Assembly: GCA_020634115.1 (NCBI GenBank)
Contig: JACKCH010000011.1
Span: forward strand, 667,945 to 731,944
DNA length: 64,000 nucleotides
Direction of reading: 5' to 3'
DNA from: Anaerolineaceae bacterium
GTDB taxonomy: Bacteria > Chloroflexota > Anaerolineae > Aggregatilineales > Phototrophicaceae
Below the pieces are notes generated by a model. The model saw only the letters and a program-made list of their open reading frames with translations. It was not told where the DNA came from and made no database searches. This document shows, piece after piece, positions 60,383-64,000 of this stretch (position 1 is its first letter; every line of letters begins with the position of its first letter). The translations under genes were made by a program, and so were the position numbers.

Positions 60383-61243
60383 ATGAACACACAAAAACGT
60401 ATTCTCGTCGTGGGCGGCACGGGCGCAATCGGGCAGCCGGTGGCAGCCGCGCTGCAAAAAGCGGGTTTCGCGGTATCCGTACTGACCCGCGACCCGGCCC
60501 GCGCCGAACTCAGCGGCCTGCCCGGTGTGGATTATGTGCAAGGGGATGTCGCGGACGCGGCTTCGCTGCGGGCGGCGCTGGAAGGGTGCTATGGGGCGCA
60601 TATCAGCCTGCAAAGCGGGCAGTCACCAGAAGACCAGGAACGCATCCAGCACCAGGGGACGAAACGCATTGCGCAGGCCGCCGCTGCGGTGGGCGTGCAG
60701 CACATCACCTATGTCTCCGGCTATCTGGTTTCGGAACGATTCGCGTATATCCCGGCGGAGAAAGCCAAACTGGATGCCGAGAACGCCATCAAAGCCAGCG
60801 GCGTGACCTATACGATTTTCCGCCCCACTTATTTCATGGATGTCATGCCGCGCTTTGTGCAGAACGGGCGGATGAGCGTGTTTGGCAAGCAGCCCCACCC
60901 GATTCATTTCCTGGCGGTGGCGGACTTTGCGAAGTTCGTCGCGGCAGCTTATAGCGAACCGCAGGCGGCGAACCAGACTTTTTACGTGCGCGGCACCCAG
61001 GCGCTGACCTTCGCGGAAGCCTTCGAGCTGTACCGGCAGGCGACAGACCCGGCGCTCAAAGTTTCCGTTACCCCCTTCTGGATTGGCGGGATGATTAACC
61101 GGTTGGTGCTCAAAGGCGGGCTGACGGAAACGCTGGCACTGCTGCGGGCGACCAACCAGGTTGGGGAAATCGGGGATTACGCCCCGGCGGAGCAGGTTTT
61201 TGGGGTTGCACCGACGACAGTTGAGTCATGGCTGCGGCGTTAG
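60383..61243 (+). CDS. NmrA-like / SDR-family NAD(P)-binding protein
   Basis: AAGGATAAGG ribosome-binding site. ILVVGGTGAIGQ Rossmann motif. Confidence 0.7.
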   Translation: MNTQKRILVVGGTGAIGQPVAAALQKAGFAVSVLTRDPARAELSGLPGVDYVQGDVADAASLRAALEGCYGAHISLQSGQSPEDQERIQHQGTKRIAQAAAAVGVQHITYVSGYLVSERFAYIPAEKAKLDAENAIKASGVTYTIFRPTYFMDVMPRFVQNGRMSVFGKQPHPIHFLAVADFAKFVAAAYSEPQAANQTFYVRGTQALTFAEAFELYRQATDPALKVSVTPFWIGGMINRLVLKGGLTETLALLRATNQVGEIGDYAPAEQVFGVAPTTVESWLRR

Positions 61244-61265
61244 ATGAAATGAAACAGCGAAACGC

Positions 61266-62726
61266 TTATCCAGGCGGGAAGTAATCAATGTTCGCCGGGA
61301 CCGGCGTCAGGATATAGGCCGTGACTTCCCGCGACCACGAGACCCAGTTCTCATCATCGTAGCCCAGGTCAATCCAGCGGGTGGAGTGGCGGGTCGCACC
61401 GGTATCGGCGGCTAACCCAATGCCATACCCTTCCACATAAACCTCTGTGCCATACGGAATCAGGCGCGGGTCAATCCCGACGATGCCTTTCGTGAGCGTG
61501 CGCCCGGTGGCGGTGATATTGCTCCCCCCCAGCGCGGCAGGGTGGTAGCTGGTCGCGTAGAGCCGCAGCGTCCGCCAGTATTCACGCGGGCCGTCGGGCG
61601 TATTGATGGTGCGGATCACCACCATTGTGCCATACGAGATGACTTCGTTCACCGGCTCCAGCACCACTACGGCGCTTTCCGCCGTCTCACTGACGACCAC
61701 GCCGTTTTCCATCCGCACCCGGGTATTGGTCTGCAAAATGCCATCACGCCCGGTTTGCAGCAGCGTGATCTGGTCGAGTTCGGTGTTCGGGTCGGCCTGG
61801 TAGATGGTTTCGTAGGGGATATTTTCCTGCCCGGACACAATTTGCTCCGTCACCCGGATCACCCGAATCGTCATGCCCGGCAGCAACGGGTCGGTTTCCG
61901 CCGGGATGGTGTAATCCAGTCCGGCCAACCCCACCTGGGCCGCCGCCAGTGCCGCCGCAACGGTTTCCCCCTGGGTACGGGTCGAAAGCGTGACGCCATC
62001 GGCCACAATCGAAACCGGCTGCGAGCGGGTGATGACGATGTCCATATCGCGTGTGATAAGGGTGCTGGTATCGGGCGTGACGGTGTCGGCCAGGTAAAGT
62101 GTCACCCCGGCCTCGAACAACGCCTCGCCCACCGTATCCAGTGTGGTGTCAATCGTTACGATCTCGTCGGCGTCGTGGATGTGTACCGGCAGCGCCCGCC
62201 GCACAGTGATGGTCGTGGCTGGCACCGGCCAGATGAGCATATTGGCGATAGTCGTTTCCGTGCCATCCACCCACACCCGATCCGATGGGACTAGTTCCAC
62301 ACCCGCGCTTTTAAGGATGTCGAGGGGATTGGTGAACAGGGTACGGAACGTCTGATCGTTCCCGTCGTCGGCAATCGTCACCGTCCGCGCCCGCTGGATG
62401 GTAATTACCTGGTCGGGTTCAAGCGGCGCATCCTCACTCTGAGAAAGCACATCCCCTTCCGCCAGAGTCAGGTTCAGTTCGCGCAGTACGTCGCCCACTG
62501 TTGCGGCGTAAGTGTCCACCTGATAGGCCGTCCCGGCATCAATCACCGTGACTGGCAGCGGCGGGGGCGGTTGAATAAAGTTCACCAGCAGCGCCACCGC
62601 GCAAACCAACACACAGCCCAGCAATAACGCCGCGCCCAGGATGACAACCAGCCACCAGCCGGGCGTCAACCGCCGTCGTGGCGCAGAGGACAAGGTGGAA
62701 TCCATTGGAGTAACCATGCGGGACAT
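61266..62726 (-). CDS. YabE/RpfB-like cell-wall protein (transmembrane anchor, DUF348/G5-like region, C-terminal 3D domain)
   Basis: C-terminal YATSYHP...ATGR...GIVGIDPRLIPYGT...D.G 3D-domain signature. Confidence 0.65.
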   Translation of the reverse strand: MSRMVTPMDSTLSSAPRRRLTPGWWLVVILGAALLLGCVLVCAVALLVNFIQPPPPLPVTVIDAGTAYQVDTYAATVGDVLRELNLTLAEGDVLSQSEDAPLEPDQVITIQRARTVTIADDGNDQTFRTLFTNPLDILKSAGVELVPSDRVWVDGTETTIANMLIWPVPATTITVRRALPVHIHDADEIVTIDTTLDTVGEALFEAGVTLYLADTVTPDTSTLITRDMDIVITRSQPVSIVADGVTLSTRTQGETVAAALAAAQVGLAGLDYTIPAETDPLLPGMTIRVIRVTEQIVSGQENIPYETIYQADPNTELDQITLLQTGRDGILQTNTRVRMENGVVVSETAESAVVVLEPVNEVISYGTMVVIRTINTPDGPREYWRTLRLYATSYHPAALGGSNITATGRTLTKGIVGIDPRLIPYGTEVYVEGYGIGLAADTGATRHSTRWIDLGYDDENWVSWSREVTAYILTPVPANIDYFPPG

Positions 62727-62736
62727 TGTATCCAGG

Positions 62737-62899
62737 GGTGGGGAGAAAAAAAAGAGTTGTTCTCGGTTCGCTCAGGCCAGGCACCCCTGCGGCACCCAGG
62801 AATAACTCCTTAGTGCTGCTTCCTTCCGGCCCTGACACGGTTCGGAGGTCCTGCCGCGCAGGACCCGGTCTGAGCGAACCGAGAACAACCCTTTATCTA
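62737..62899 (-). ncRNA. structured 5' leader: candidate riboswitch/attenuator with built-in intrinsic terminator
   Basis: On the minus strand: TTGACA-17-TAAAAT promoter (62935-62907). Then a 20-bp perfect stem (62890-62871 pairs with 62749-62768) enclosing about 100 nt with several internal hairpins. Immediately followed by a U-tract (UCUUUUUUUUCU), about 10 nt before the start codon. Confidence 0.5.
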
Positions 62900-63401
62900 T
62901 AGCTAAATTTTAATGGTCGGGATAGGGTTTGTCAAACCTGAAGCGGGGCGGCGCGGTAGAAACTGCTACAAGTGAACCTTTATCACCTTTTCTGCTTGCC
63001 AGGGAAGTGTCATTCTGCTATGCTCGACCCCATCCTGTAACCAGAACCCGAAAGGAGCATTATCATGCCGTTCGCTAACCGCATCGTGTTTTCTGCCGAA
63101 GCAGGTGCGCCTGTCCGGTACGGCTTGCAGGGAGCATCCCCGGCGGGTTAGGTGACTTCCAACAAAACGGGTTTGACCGCTATCGCCCAACCCGATACAA
63201 CATCCTGGATTTACCCCCGTCCGACCTGATTCTCCGGCCCATGCCTGTCTGATCTGGCGCGCCTGCTGCCCTGCTGCTACGCGGGGGTGAGGTTGTGCTG
63301 TCCGGTGAACGTGCCGTATCCCCGACCACAACCTGCTGCCTCAGTAGACTCAACCAACAAGCATTCCATCAACCAACGCTACCGCCCGATCAGAGGTACT
63401 C

Positions 63402-64000
63402 ATGGTCAAATCCAATGTGCAGTTTCCCCGTGTTCGCAAATTCCTGTCCTACTACCGGCCCTATCTCCGTTTACTCGGCGCAGACATCGTTTGCGCGTTG
63501 ATTATTTCCGTCGCCGCGCTGCTGCTGCCCCTGTGCGCCCGCTACATCACGCAGGATGTGCTGGGCGGCAATCTACAGGATGCGCTTCCTCAGATCACGG
63601 TGATGGGCGTCATTATGCTGGGGCTGGTGGGCATCCAGGCGCTGAGTACCCTGTTTGTGGATTACCAGGGTCACATGATGGGCGCGAAGATGGAAAGCGA
63701 CATGCGGCGCGACCTGTTCGACCACTATCAGAAGCTGTCCTTCCGCTTTTACGACGAACAACGCACCGGCCAACTGATGTCCCGCGTCACCAATGACCTG
63801 TTCTGGCTTTCCGAACTGTATCATCACGGCCCGGAAGACCTGGCGATTGCGCTGCTGAAGTTCGTCGGCGTCTTTGCCATCCTGATTCACATCAACCTGA
63901 CGCTGACGCTTATCATTTTTCTCTTTATGCCCATCATGGCCGTCTATGCCTTTTACTTCAATAAGCGTATGAACCGGGCTTTGCTGCGGAGCAAGGAACG
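63402..64000 (+). CDS. ABC transporter permease/ATPase (MsbA-like exporter), N-terminal transmembrane domain; partial at window edge
   Basis: GAGGT ribosome-binding site. Transmembrane helices. TGQLMSRVTNDL motif of the ABC exporter transmembrane domain. Confidence 0.65.
   Translation, partial: MVKSNVQFPRVRKFLSYYRPYLRLLGADIVCALIISVAALLLPLCARYITQDVLGGNLQDALPQITVMGVIMLGLVGIQALSTLFVDYQGHMMGAKMESDMRRDLFDHYQKLSFRFYDEQRTGQLMSRVTNDLFWLSELYHHGPEDLAIALLKFVGVFAILIHINLTLTLIIFLFMPIMAVYAFYFNKRMNRALLRSKE

Noticed and set aside
62966-63796. ORFs 62966-63331 (-) and 63287-63796 (+) between the 3D-domain gene and the ABC transporter.
   Set aside because: Neither has a ribosome-binding site or motifs. 63287-63796 overlaps the well-supported ABC transporter start at 63402 in another frame. 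The region is more plausibly promoter and 5' UTR.
1-64000. Searched for CRISPR arrays, rRNA and tRNA genes.
   Set aside because: No regularly spaced short direct repeats with unique spacers were found. No GTTCGAATCC-type T-arm motifs or rRNA-like conserved blocks were seen in any intergenic region.

Overview
This is a high-GC (~60-65%) bacterial chromosomal window, probably from a Chloroflexi-like organism. It is densely packed with housekeeping and envelope genes. Recognised genes include lgt, lipA, a cold-shock protein, an MqnE/MqnC-family radical SAM enzyme, a flotillin-NfeD pair, a CcmC/CcsA-like cytochrome c biogenesis protein, an ArsR-ArsM pair, a PadR regulator with an NmrA-like gene, a SerA-like dehydrogenase with a class-V aminotransferase, a rhomboid protease and a large membrane Ser/Thr kinase. 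No rRNA, tRNA or CRISPR array was found. The most interesting signal is at the DNA level. Three single-gene or two-gene accessory units are each bounded by their own short direct repeats. (1) A solitary Type IIG restriction-modification gene (3774-6791) has its C-terminal half in a sharply low-GC block and is flanked by 24-nt GC-rich direct repeats. (2) A small-protein plus HNH-endonuclease module (22927-23600) is flanked by 28-nt direct repeats. (3) A low-GC TolB-like beta-propeller gene (58547-59536) is flanked by a 40-nt duplication of the 3' end of the upstream methyltransferase gene. Together these suggest a recurring cassette-insertion or site-specific recombination process that has not been characterised. 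Other features not explained by gene calls: a family of GTAGGGGC...GCCCCTAC palindromic REP-like hairpins in intergenic regions; a ~100-nt dispersed repeat present twice in divergent promoter regions; a CTAAA(A)CCGGGCA(A/G)AT motif in four intergenic sites; a long structured 5' leader with a 20-bp terminator stem upstream of a 3D-domain cell-wall gene, a candidate riboswitch or attenuator; two near-identical PadR-type palindromic operators; a low-GC island encoding a membrane-anchored TPR protein; and a C-terminal gene remnant of an S33 peptidase paralogue.
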